NCBI GenBank assembly: GCA_963701295.1 | Contig: OY969585.1 | Location: 384,001-448,000, forward strand | Length of the DNA stretch: 64,000 nt | DNA from: Ignavibacteriota bacterium | GTDB lineage: Bacteria; Bacteroidota; Ignavibacteria; UBA10030 | Direction of reading: 5' to 3' | Shown here: positions 12,099 to 21,138 of the stretch, piece after piece | Layout of the letters: each line of letters starts with the position of its first letter | Position numbering within the stretch: the first letter of the stretch is position 1 | The notes under the pieces: model-generated | Database searches by the model: none | What the model was told of the DNA's origin: nothing | Seen by the model: only the letters and a program-made list of their open reading frames with translations | Translations under genes and position numbers: made by a program

Positions 12099-12277
12099 AA
12101 CCAAGCTCCTTGCGGAATGTCTGTTTTCGATAGGAAACCGATATTATTGTTGGTCCTTAATCAATATTCGTTCTGATGATTATATGAAGAATACTTTTGA
12201 AAAGCAACTTCCACAATGAGAAAGCTTTGATATTTCATATTTAAGAATATTTCACTCCTGCATTAACAAATCTGCGA

Positions 12278-12306
12278 TTGAATATTATGAGAACTTATGG
12301 TATAAT
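12278..12306 (+). promoter_or_regulatory. Sigma70-type promoter, extended -10
   Basis: TTGAAT-17 bp-TATAAT with TGn before the -10; the ATG follows 8 nt later. Confidence 0.7.
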
Positions 12307-12314
12307 GAGTCTAT

Positions 12315-13025
12315 ATGAGTACTGTCGATCCGAATAACGCATCAAATCCTGTGCGTATCCTTATGGTGGATGATGACGTTGCGTTTTCCAGGGTTGTTCG
12401 GGCTATTCTTCAGCTCTACCGACAACGTACATTCATCATCACCTGGAAAGAGTCCGTCGAAAGCGCACTTGTTGAAATCGAACAAAATCAAGAGATAGAT
12501 CTCATTCTCACAGATTATTACTTCCCAACTTCTAACGGCTTGGAATTCTGCTTGCAACTGGACCAAATGGGGCGCTCCATCCCCATTATTTTTTTGACCG
12601 GAGCTCGTGACTTCAAACTCGCCGTGGAAGCGATGAAACTCGGAGTTGAAGATTACCTGCTGAAAGAAGACCTCGATCAAGCCTATTTACCGCGAACCAT
12701 CCTTAGCATTCTTGATCGCGTGCTCCTCCGTAGACATAAACTCTCAATCGAAAAAAGAATAGCAATGGCTGAAAGCCGTGCCCAAGTCATTCGCGAATTG
12801 GTTGTCACGGTCTGCCATGAGTTCAACAACCCATTGGCGGCAATTAAAATAAGCTTCGACCTCCTTCAGCGTCAAACCATAGAGACAGTTGCGCCAGAAA
12901 TGATGAAGTCTTTTGAGAGCCGTTTTAATACCATTGATTCAGAAATCAAACAGTTGCGCGATTTGAACTTTGAGAGAATTGATTTCCATGAGGATAAAAC
13001 CTACAACTCCAAAGAGACTCTGTAA
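12315..13025 (+). CDS. Response regulator fused to a HisKA/DHp domain, no ATPase domain
   Basis: REC (VDDD, LTDYYFP, FLTG) followed by H-box TVCHEFNNPL; the protein ends about 65 aa after the His with no N/G1/F/G2 boxes. Confidence 0.85.
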   Translation: MSTVDPNNASNPVRILMVDDDVAFSRVVRAILQLYRQRTFIITWKESVESALVEIEQNQEIDLILTDYYFPTSNGLEFCLQLDQMGRSIPIIFLTGARDFKLAVEAMKLGVEDYLLKEDLDQAYLPRTILSILDRVLLRRHKLSIEKRIAMAESRAQVIRELVVTVCHEFNNPLAAIKISFDLLQRQTIETVAPEMMKSFESRFNTIDSEIKQLRDLNFERIDFHEDKTYNSKETL

Positions 13026-13028
13026 ATC

Positions 13029-13057
13029 TTGCATCTCTCCATACTTTTCGCTATACT
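13029..13057 (+). promoter_or_regulatory. Sigma70-type promoter upstream of the nif3 leader
   Basis: TTGCAT-17 bp-TATACT. Confidence 0.65.
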
Positions 13058-13177
13058 TCAAGTAGTTCAATGGAATAAAATGAATCCTTGCCACTGGTTG
13101 TGACACAGATCGAGATGCTTGCAAACAAGAAATTAATAATCGCTCTTCCTGCAAATAAAAAATATAGAGAGTTTTAG

Positions 13178-13213
13178 AAAGTGTCCCGCCCAATAAGCGG
13201 GACACTTTTTTTT
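13178..13213 (+). terminator. Intrinsic terminator immediately before the nif3 start codon
   Basis: AAAGTGTCCCGC-ccaataa-GCGGGACACTTT stem running into T8. Confidence 0.8.
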
Positions 13214-13217
13214 GTAT

Positions 13218-14330
13218 ATGAGCTTACATATCACCGATATTGTACAAGCGTTTGAAGAATGGGCGCCAAGGTGGGTAGCATGGGAGAAAGATAATGTAGG
13301 CCTGCAAGTTGGAAATCAAGTGCAAAATGTCACAAAAATTTTAATTACACTTGACGTAACGAAGCAAACTGTCACCGAGGCAATCGCAAGAAAAACTGAA
13401 CTGATCATCTCACATCACCCACTTCTCTTCCGGCCGCCATCGTCAATCACAACAAGTGATACTGTTGGTGAGTTAATCTTGCAACTTGCAGAAAATAAAA
13501 TTTCCCTTTTTTCTGCGCACACTAATCTAGATTTTACACAAGGCGGAGTAAGCTTCGCTCTCGCTAAAACACTCGGATTGGAAGACATTCGATTTCTTTC
13601 ACCATTAAAAGAATCACTATCAAAAATTGTTGTTTTTATTCCGGAAGGTCATGTTGAGCAGGTGATGCACGCGATGACACAGGCAGGGGCCGGTATGATC
13701 GGTAAATATTCATCATGCTCATTCGGTACAAAAGGCATCGGAAGTTTCCGCGGCTCTCCATCATCTAATCCTTTTAGAGGAAAACGCCAAAATCTAGAAT
13801 TTATTAAAGAGACACGGCTCGAGATGATCACACCGCGCGCAAGAGTGAACGGAGTGATCGTTGCAATGAAAACAGTGCATCCCTATGAAGAAATTGCATA
13901 CGACATCTATAATGTTGAAAATCCGAATCCCAATTTCGGAATGGGTGCATTCGGCACATTGTTAAAGCCACAACCGCTAGGAACATTCTTAAAGTTTGTC
14001 AAGCGAACACTTCGCAGCGGAATGCTACGTTTCACAGGCAGAACAACAAACGAAGTTCAAAACATAGCGGTCTGTAGTGGGTCCGGCTCAGACCTTCTAT
14101 CCGATGCCATCGCCGCAAAGGCAGATGTGTTTATAACTGCAGACGTGCGATATCATGTATTTCACACAGCGTCAGGCAACATCGCCCTTGTAGATGCAGG
14201 TCATTGGGAAACTGAACAAGTTGTTTTAAAACCTATTGCGGATCGAATTCGCTCTGTCGCCCGAAAGGCGAATGAGCCTTTAAATGTATGGATCACCAAA
14301 CATATAACGAACCCGATTCAAACGATGTAA
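13218..14330 (+). CDS. Nif3/YbgI-like dinuclear metal-centre hexameric protein (long form with PII-like insertion)
   Basis: DNVGLQVG, ISHHPLLF, HTNLD, HPYEE, GHWETE. Confidence 0.93.
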   Translation: MSLHITDIVQAFEEWAPRWVAWEKDNVGLQVGNQVQNVTKILITLDVTKQTVTEAIARKTELIISHHPLLFRPPSSITTSDTVGELILQLAENKISLFSAHTNLDFTQGGVSFALAKTLGLEDIRFLSPLKESLSKIVVFIPEGHVEQVMHAMTQAGAGMIGKYSSCSFGTKGIGSFRGSPSSNPFRGKRQNLEFIKETRLEMITPRARVNGVIVAMKTVHPYEEIAYDIYNVENPNPNFGMGAFGTLLKPQPLGTFLKFVKRTLRSGMLRFTGRTTNEVQNIAVCSGSGSDLLSDAIAAKADVFITADVRYHVFHTASGNIALVDAGHWETEQVVLKPIADRIRSVARKANEPLNVWITKHITNPIQTM

Positions 14331-14358
14331 GCTGCTAGATTATTGAGAGGAGTAACCG

Positions 14359-15090
14359 TTGGAAAATCGATTACGATTGTTGTACTCATTACAGTTGGTT
14401 GATTCCAGTCTTGATGAGCTCCAGGAAATGAAAGGCGATTTACCGAAAATCGTAGCTGAATTATCGGAGACCATAAAAGGCAAACTCGCGCAAAAGAAAG
14501 AACTTGATGATATCTTAAGAAAATCGATCGTCAATCGAGACAAAACAGATGTGGACATATTGTCTCTCAAAGAAAAGATCGAGAAATATAAGACCCAGCA
14601 GTTTCAAGTGAAAACCAACAAACAATACGATACGTTGGCACGAGAGGTCGATCACACTCAGGAGAAAATCACAAAACTCCAAAAGGAGATGGATGAGCTG
14701 GAAGGTAAAGCTGAATTTGCTAAGGAGGATGCGGAGAAACTTCGACCTGAGATTGAAACATTGCAGGCAGAATTTGCAGATCGCAAGAAAGAACTCGCTG
14801 CCGTCAACAAAGAACACGAAGATGAAGAGTTGAAATTCCAACACCAGCGTGAGAAGATTATCAGTCGCGTCTCGAAAGTAGATTACCAGATGTACGATCG
14901 AATCCGTAAGGCAAAAGAGGGACGTGCTATTGTTCAGGTACAGCGGAATTCCTGTGGCGGCTGCTTTAACCGCGTGACGCCACAAAGAGTACTGGAATTG
15001 CGGAAAAATTCAACTCTCATCACGTGCGAACGATGCGGCCGCATACTCGTATCGGATGAAATAGTTGAAAGTGCGAAGAAATCTGTATGA
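14359..15090 (+). CDS. Coiled-coil / C4 zinc-ribbon domain protein
   Basis: Long coiled coil, then CGGC...CERCGRIL; usual nif3 neighbour. Confidence 0.9.
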   Translation: MENRLRLLYSLQLVDSSLDELQEMKGDLPKIVAELSETIKGKLAQKKELDDILRKSIVNRDKTDVDILSLKEKIEKYKTQQFQVKTNKQYDTLAREVDHTQEKITKLQKEMDELEGKAEFAKEDAEKLRPEIETLQAEFADRKKELAAVNKEHEDEELKFQHQREKIISRVSKVDYQMYDRIRKAKEGRAIVQVQRNSCGGCFNRVTPQRVLELRKNSTLITCERCGRILVSDEIVESAKKSV

Positions 15091-15503
15091 CCATATTCGC
15101 CTATACGGATGGCGCATCACGCGGTAATCCTGGTGAAAGCGGAGTTGGCATCGTGCTGAAGGATGAACTTGGCAATGTGATTGGATCACATTTTGGCTAC
15201 ATTGGACAAGCAACAAATAACATCGCCGAATACACAGCTCTTGCTACTTGTCTAAAACTCGTGAAAGAAATTGAATGCGACCATCTTGTTGTTCATTCCG
15301 ACAGTGAGTTGATGGTGCGTCAATTAAATGGCCAATACAAAGTGAAGGATAAAGGTTTGAAGAAGCATTTCCTATACATCCAAAATATTCTTACAGCATC
15401 ACCATTCCAATTTGCAATTAAACATGTACCACGAGAAGAGAACCGTGAAGCAGACCAATTGGCGAATCACGGCATTGATACAAAAAAACGTTTGAACGTG
15501 TGA
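15087..15503 (+). CDS. rnhA: Ribonuclease HI family protein
   Basis: TDGASRGNPG, TNNIAEY, SDSEL, HVPREENREADQLAN. Confidence 0.93.
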   Translation: MTIFAYTDGASRGNPGESGVGIVLKDELGNVIGSHFGYIGQATNNIAEYTALATCLKLVKEIECDHLVVHSDSELMVRQLNGQYKVKDKGLKKHFLYIQNILTASPFQFAIKHVPREENREADQLANHGIDTKKRLNV

Positions 15504-15577
15504 GCTTTCAGTTTAGAAAGCTCATCGTCCTTTTGGCAAAGTGTTGTTGAGAAGGCTGGACGATGGGTCCAGAAGCA

Positions 15578-16069
15578 GAAGCTGGTGCGTCAGGCAGTCG
15601 CCCTATCTTGGTTATACAGGATAGGGAGGAAAGTCCGAACACCACAAGGCAAGGCGCCTCGCGTATACGCTTAGGGCGTAGAAAGCGAGGGTCCCGCGGG
15701 CAACATCCTGCAGGAACGGAGAGTATCACAGAAAACACACATCTCGATTTCTTCGATAAGAAGAAGCCGAGAAAAGGTGAAAAGGTGGCGTAAGAGACCA
15801 CCGCATCGTCAGTAATGACGATGGTCGCGTGAGCGATCCCGTCTCGATCTATGATTGAGACGGGACAAGAGAAACCCCGCTTGGTGCAAGACCGTGTAGA
15901 TCCCGTTTCCGGTTTAGCGAAAGCTAAGTCGGGATAGAGTTGCCCGCTCAAGTTCACACACGTGAAGACGGGATGGGTAGGTCGCCAAGAGAAATGGCTG
16001 CCTCGTTTCGTCGATTGCTTCGGCAGTTAACGGAATCAGACAGAATTCGGCTTATCGACTAACCACTTC
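15578..16069 (+). ncRNA. rnpB: RNase P RNA (bacterial type A-like, lacking P18)
   Basis: GAGGAAAGTCC (15626), ACAGAAAA, GGTGAAAAGGTGGCGTAAGAGACCACC (P13), AAACCCC..GGTGCAAG, ACAGAATTCGGCTTA. P1 pairs GAAGCTGGT with ACCACTTC; P2 pairs GGCAGTC with GGCTGCC. Confidence 0.97.
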
Positions 16070-16158
16070 ATGCTTCTGGATGTGTTGACATGCTTGCAGC
16101 TGGCCATACATATCCACCTTCTTGCTGTAATCTTTAATCATTGTACTGAAGGATACTG

Positions 16159-17901
16159 GTGACACCAAATCGGGAATATCGCTGGACGTTTCGTAAAGAT
16201 ACAGATTTAACAGCAGAAGATACTCAGATTGCACAATCCTTAGCACAGGAGCTTTCAATCTCCCCTATTCTGACAAAGATACTTGTCAGTCGGCGCATAG
16301 ATACATACGAGAAAGCTCGGGCTTACTTCCGGCCAAGCATGGAAGACCTTCATGATCCTTTTGCAATGGAACAAATGGATGTAGCAGTGGAACGAATCAC
16401 GCGGGCAATATCGCGCAATGAGCACATCGTCATCTTTGGTGATTATGATGTCGATGGAACAGACAGTACAGCAATGTTGTGGAAATTTCTGAAAGATATC
16501 GGAGCACATGTTGACTATTTTATTCCCGATCGGATTAAAGATGGTTATGGCATTTCCCTTGCAGGCATTGATCATATACGCGACATGGGGGCAACTCTTC
16601 TCATTGCGGTAGATTGCGGCATCACTGCAGTACAACAAGTGGAGTATGCACGATCACAGGGAATCAATGTTGTGATATGCGATCATCATGAACCGGGGAG
16701 CGAAATCCCAAACGCATCGGCAGTTCTCGATACATTGAAGCCATCATGTATGTATCCGTTCAAATTTCTGTGCGGATGCGGTGTTGCATTTAAACTCATT
16801 CAAGCATTGACATTATCCGAACCGATACGATGTCAACTGGGCGAAGATGCTCCAAAGCGCCTGCTCGATTATCTCCAATACGTCACGTTAGCGACCACAG
16901 CAGACATCGTCCCCCTTGTCAACGAAAACCGTATCATGGTGAAGTTAGGATTGGAACTTATCAACTCTATTCCTGTTCCAGGAATTCGTGCACTTATTGA
17001 GACCTCCGGATTATCACCGGGAAAAATCTCTTCTGGACAGATCGTCTTTGTGCTTGCACCGCGTATCAATGCGGTCGGCCGGATAGGCGATGCCAACCGA
17101 GCAGTCGAAATGCTCGCCAGCAATTCATTCGATCGTGCAGTTCAAATCGCCAAGGTTATGGAAGATGAAAACTTCCAACGACGGAAGATTGATGAGGAAA
17201 CATTCATTCAAGCGCAAGAAATCGTTGAACGCTATTTAAACGCCGACAACGAAAGCGCTATTGTCCTGCATCAAGAAACATGGCATCCAGGTGTTATCGG
17301 CATTGTCGCTTCACGATTGGTGGAACGGTACTATCGTCCCACGATCATGATGACGACGGTGGATGGGGTTGCCAAAGGATCAGCACGCAGCGTATCCGGC
17401 TTCAACATTCACGAGGCATTGAAGAGATGCGAAGATAAACTGATCCAATTTGGCGGACATAAATACGCAGCAGGTCTCACGGTGGAACTTGACAGGCTAG
17501 ATGAATTTCGCGATGCGTTCAAACAAGTTGCCGCCGAGCTTCTTACAGAAGATCTACTCACACCGGAAATTCATATCGATGCGGAAATACAACTTTCCGA
17601 TCTGACACCAAAATTCATTCAAGTACTAAGTCAATTCGCTCCATTCGGTCCAGAGAATATGCGTCCTGTGTTCACAGTCCATGGCATAGAAGTACTTGGT
17701 CAACCGCGTATCGTTGGGAAAAACCACATTCGTTTCAAGGTACGGAGCAACACTCATGTTGTAGACGCGATTGGATTTAATTTGGGCCATTTGCTCAACC
17801 GTGTTCAGAGCAATAAAAAAGTTGATGTTGCTTTTTCACTCGATGAAGGCGAATTTGCAGGAGAAACTGTCCCGCAATTAAAGGTTCGAGATATAAAGTA
17901 A
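16159..17901 (+). CDS. recJ: Single-stranded-DNA-specific exonuclease RecJ
   Basis: GDYDVDG, VDCG, DHH, PRINAVGR, GSARS, GGHKYAAG. Confidence 0.97.
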   Translation: MTPNREYRWTFRKDTDLTAEDTQIAQSLAQELSISPILTKILVSRRIDTYEKARAYFRPSMEDLHDPFAMEQMDVAVERITRAISRNEHIVIFGDYDVDGTDSTAMLWKFLKDIGAHVDYFIPDRIKDGYGISLAGIDHIRDMGATLLIAVDCGITAVQQVEYARSQGINVVICDHHEPGSEIPNASAVLDTLKPSCMYPFKFLCGCGVAFKLIQALTLSEPIRCQLGEDAPKRLLDYLQYVTLATTADIVPLVNENRIMVKLGLELINSIPVPGIRALIETSGLSPGKISSGQIVFVLAPRINAVGRIGDANRAVEMLASNSFDRAVQIAKVMEDENFQRRKIDEETFIQAQEIVERYLNADNESAIVLHQETWHPGVIGIVASRLVERYYRPTIMMTTVDGVAKGSARSVSGFNIHEALKRCEDKLIQFGGHKYAAGLTVELDRLDEFRDAFKQVAAELLTEDLLTPEIHIDAEIQLSDLTPKFIQVLSQFAPFGPENMRPVFTVHGIEVLGQPRIVGKNHIRFKVRSNTHVVDAIGFNLGHLLNRVQSNKKVDVAFSLDEGEFAGETVPQLKVRDIK

Positions 17902-17994
17902 GTATCCGTATATGAAAGTCTTTCAAGAATTGAGTCGTGACGTACACACGCAAGAACAGTCCAATCGACACTCCATAGTCTAAGGAAAGAAATA

Positions 17995-18750
17995 ATGTCA
18001 GGGCACAGCAAATGGTCCACGATCAAGAGAAAGAAAGCTGTCACTGATGCGCGTCGCGGAAAAATTTTTACGCAAGTCATCAGGGAAATTACCGTCGCTG
18101 CAAAAATGGGTGGTGGTAGTTCAGAAACTAATGCGCGTCTTCGCTTCGCCATCGATAAAGCGAAAGCATGCAATATGCCTGCAGATAATATTAAACGCGC
18201 CATTCAGAAAGGTACCGGCGAACTTCCCGGGGTCAATTATGAAGATGCCGTGTACGAAGCATATGGTCCTGGCGGCGTTGCCATCATTATTGAAACAGTG
18301 ACAGATAATAAAAATCGGACGATTTCGGACATTCGTCATATCCTTGAACGAAACAATGGCAAAGTTGCCATGTCTGGATCGGTGGCGTTCCAGTTTCACA
18401 AGAAAGGTATTATTCTTGTTCCAAAGTCCATTGTACAGGAAGACGATCTCCTCTCAATTATTCTCGATGCCGGCGCAGAAGATATGAAAACCGAAAGCGA
18501 TGAATATTACATTATTTGCGCTCCAGATAATTTTGAGACGGTAAAGCAAGCCATCGAAACAAAAAGTATCAAGGTCGAATCAGCGGAAATTCATCTTATC
18601 GCTGACAACTCTGTGAAAGTAGAAGGAAAAGATGCCGAAAATGTATTGAAGCTGATGGAAGCACTCGAAGAACATGACGACGTTCAGAAAGTGCATACGA
18701 ACTTTGATATTGACGATAAGGAATTAGTTCGGCTGGGAACCGGAAGTTAG
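17995..18750 (+). CDS. yebC: YebC/PmpR family protein
   Basis: MSGHSKWSTIKRKK, YEAYGPGG, TDNKNRT, DDVQKVHTN. Confidence 0.96.
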   Translation: MSGHSKWSTIKRKKAVTDARRGKIFTQVIREITVAAKMGGGSSETNARLRFAIDKAKACNMPADNIKRAIQKGTGELPGVNYEDAVYEAYGPGGVAIIIETVTDNKNRTISDIRHILERNNGKVAMSGSVAFQFHKKGIILVPKSIVQEDDLLSIILDAGAEDMKTESDEYYIICAPDNFETVKQAIETKSIKVESAEIHLIADNSVKVEGKDAENVLKLMEALEEHDDVQKVHTNFDIDDKELVRLGTGS

Positions 18751-18819
18751 ATCATCGATGAGAATAAAATTATCAAACTCACAAAGCACAAATAAATCAA
18801 CCACAAATCATAAATTAGT

Positions 18820-19395
18820 ATGATCATTCTCGGTGTTGATCCAGGAACTCTCATCACCGGCTTCGGCATTATCGAAGCAGAGCGTGGTATGTACTCTGTG
18901 CTCACCTACGATGTAATCAAGAATGCTAGTGATCGTTCCATGCCCATCCGGTTAAAACAGATCTATGACAGAATCTGCAAGATTATCAATCAGTACCATC
19001 CGGATGAATTTGCCATCGAGACCGCATTCTATGGTAAGAATGCTCAATCGGCACTGAAGCTAGGCCACGCACGCGGTGTGTCGATTTTGGCTGCAGTGAA
19101 TTTTCAAATTCCCACAACAGAGTATTCTCCGCGCGAAGTCAAGAAAGCAGTTACCGGAAACGGCGCCGCTTCCAAGCAACAAGTTCAATTTATGGTGAAA
19201 TCTCAATTGAAACTCCGCGAAGCACCAAAATTTTTTGATGCCTCGGACGCATTGGCGATCGCCTTGTGTCACTCATTCCGGATAATGGGCGGTAAAGCAA
19301 AATCGCGACATATACGAACGCCAGGATTACAATCGCATCGTACCTGGTCAGATTTCATTCATGCACATCCAGAACGAGTAGTGAGAAACAAATGA
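18820..19395 (+). CDS. ruvC: Holliday junction resolvase RuvC
   Basis: ILGVDPG, AIE, LGHARG, DASDALAIA. Confidence 0.96.
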   Translation: MIILGVDPGTLITGFGIIEAERGMYSVLTYDVIKNASDRSMPIRLKQIYDRICKIINQYHPDEFAIETAFYGKNAQSALKLGHARGVSILAAVNFQIPTTEYSPREVKKAVTGNGAASKQQVQFMVKSQLKLREAPKFFDASDALAIALCHSFRIMGGKAKSRHIRTPGLQSHRTWSDFIHAHPERVVRNK

Positions 19396-20000
19396 TTGCT
19401 ACTCTTACAGGTATCCTCAAATTTAAGAGTCCAACAGAAATTCTCGTTGAGGTACATGGCATTGGTTACACTATCAGCATCCCGCTCTCGACATATGAAA
19501 AACTGGGTGGTCTTGGCTCTTCTGTTTCCTTGTTAACGCATTTTCATGTACGTGAGGATGCTATGCTGTTATTCGGATTCTCCACAGAAGAGGAGCGGCG
19601 GCTTTTTAAGCTCTTAATTTCGGTATCCGGTATTGGTCCAAAGATCGCACAAAGCACCTTATCCGGAATGAATGTCGAGGAATTGAAATCGCACATCGTT
19701 GGCGGTAATGTGAATGCACTTATGGCTATTCCGGGAGTCGGCAGAAAAACTGCCGAACGCCTCATTGTGGAATTGCGCGACAAAGCCGGCAAAACCCTCG
19801 CTGAATCTGAACCAATTTCTGTTGTCGGAATGGCAACTGCCGCAATGCGAATCGAAGCGCTTCAGGCGCTTACATCGCTTGGTTACAATCAACAAATTGC
19901 CGAGAAAGCCATCCGGCTTGTCATGAAAGAAGCTGAAGGATCAACAATTTCTCTTGAAGAGTTAATTAAACGGGCGCTCCGCCACACGAACGCCCGATAA
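19392..20000 (+). CDS. ruvA: Holliday junction branch migration protein RuvA
   Basis: [33 protein letters not shown]. Confidence 0.96.
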   Translation: MIATLTGILKFKSPTEILVEVHGIGYTISIPLSTYEKLGGLGSSVSLLTHFHVREDAMLLFGFSTEEERRLFKLLISVSGIGPKIAQSTLSGMNVEELKSHIVGGNVNALMAIPGVGRKTAERLIVELRDKAGKTLAESEPISVVGMATAAMRIEALQALTSLGYNQQIAEKAIRLVMKEAEGSTISLEELIKRALRHTNAR

Positions 20001-20076
20001 AGCACACACAACAAACAATAAACCATTTTCCTGTGTTGTGTTGCTATTCTCTGCGGTTCTTGGTAATATTGTATTC

Positions 20077-21129
20077 GTGAGGCAGTTCAATTTGACAAAA
20101 CCGGAACGACAAGAGCAGGAAACTGACCTTGACCAAACGTTGCGTCCATTGGCGTTAACTGAATTTGTAGGTCAAGAAAAAATTGTCGGGAACCTCAAAG
20201 TATTCATCTTGGCAGCACGCCAGCGATGTGAACCGCTCGATCATGTCCTTCTGACCGGACCTCCGGGACTGGGAAAAACAACGCTTGCACACATTGTTGC
20301 AAATGAAATGGGCACAGGCATAAAAATGACATCCGGGCCTGCGCTGGAAAAACCAGGCGATCTTGCAGGCATATTGACTTCATTAGAAAAATCTGAAGTA
20401 CTCTTCATCGATGAAATCCATCGTGTACCAGCAAGGATTGAGGAATACTTGTATTCGGCGATGGAGGATTTTCGTGTAGATATCATTATCGATAGCGGGC
20501 CCGGTGCAAAGACTATCCAGCTTGGTCTTCAGCCGTTCACCCTGATCGGAGCCACAACACGGGCAGGGTTGTTGAGTTCGCCATTGCGCTCACGTTTCGG
20601 CATCTCAAATCGTTTGGATTATTATTCCCATAGTCAGTTAGAGCGTATCATCCGGCGCTCAGCAGAAATTCTATCCATTACATCAGAGCCGGATGCAATA
20701 ATGGAAATTGCCAAACGTTCGCGTGGAACTCCGCGCATCGCTAATCGTCTGCTGAAACGATGCCGCGATTTTGCCGAGGCTGATAAACGATTATCACAAT
20801 ACGATGGTGTCATCACGAAAGAAGTTGCTGATTTTTCGCTCAAAGCGTTGGAAGTAGATGAACATGGATTTGATGAGATGGACAAACGCATTCTGCATAC
20901 GATCATCGATAAATATGGTGGCGGTCCTGTGGGAGTCAGCACACTCGCCGTTGCAGTTGGAGAAGAACCGGGAACGCTGGAAGAAGTCTATGAACCGTAC
21001 CTCATTCAAGAAGGTTTTTTGAAACGGACTCCACGTGGAAGAGAAGCAACAGAGCTTGCCTATACCCACTTTGGAGGATCATTCAAACAACGATCCCCGA
21101 ACAAAACACAACTTGAGTTGGGTAACTGA
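20077..21129 (+). CDS. ruvB: Holliday junction branch migration helicase RuvB
   Basis: [44 protein letters not shown]. The start codon is uncertain (GTG 20077 chosen; ORF track gives 20038). Confidence 0.96.
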   Translation: MRQFNLTKPERQEQETDLDQTLRPLALTEFVGQEKIVGNLKVFILAARQRCEPLDHVLLTGPPGLGKTTLAHIVANEMGTGIKMTSGPALEKPGDLAGILTSLEKSEVLFIDEIHRVPARIEEYLYSAMEDFRVDIIIDSGPGAKTIQLGLQPFTLIGATTRAGLLSSPLRSRFGISNRLDYYSHSQLERIIRRSAEILSITSEPDAIMEIAKRSRGTPRIANRLLKRCRDFAEADKRLSQYDGVITKEVADFSLKALEVDEHGFDEMDKRILHTIIDKYGGGPVGVSTLAVAVGEEPGTLEEVYEPYLIQEGFLKRTPRGREATELAYTHFGGSFKQRSPNKTQLELGN

Positions 21130-21138
21130 CACGGGAAC

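Noticed and set aside
13058-13135. Functional tRNA-Gly or tRNA-His
   Set aside because: There is no GTTC T-loop, the acceptor and anticodon stems are incomplete, and there is no CCA. Kept only as a possible relic in the findings.
15508-15957. 149-aa minus-strand ORF and 76-aa plus-strand ORF (15563-15793)
   Set aside because: Both overlap the RNase P RNA, whose conserved motifs and helices explain the sequence.
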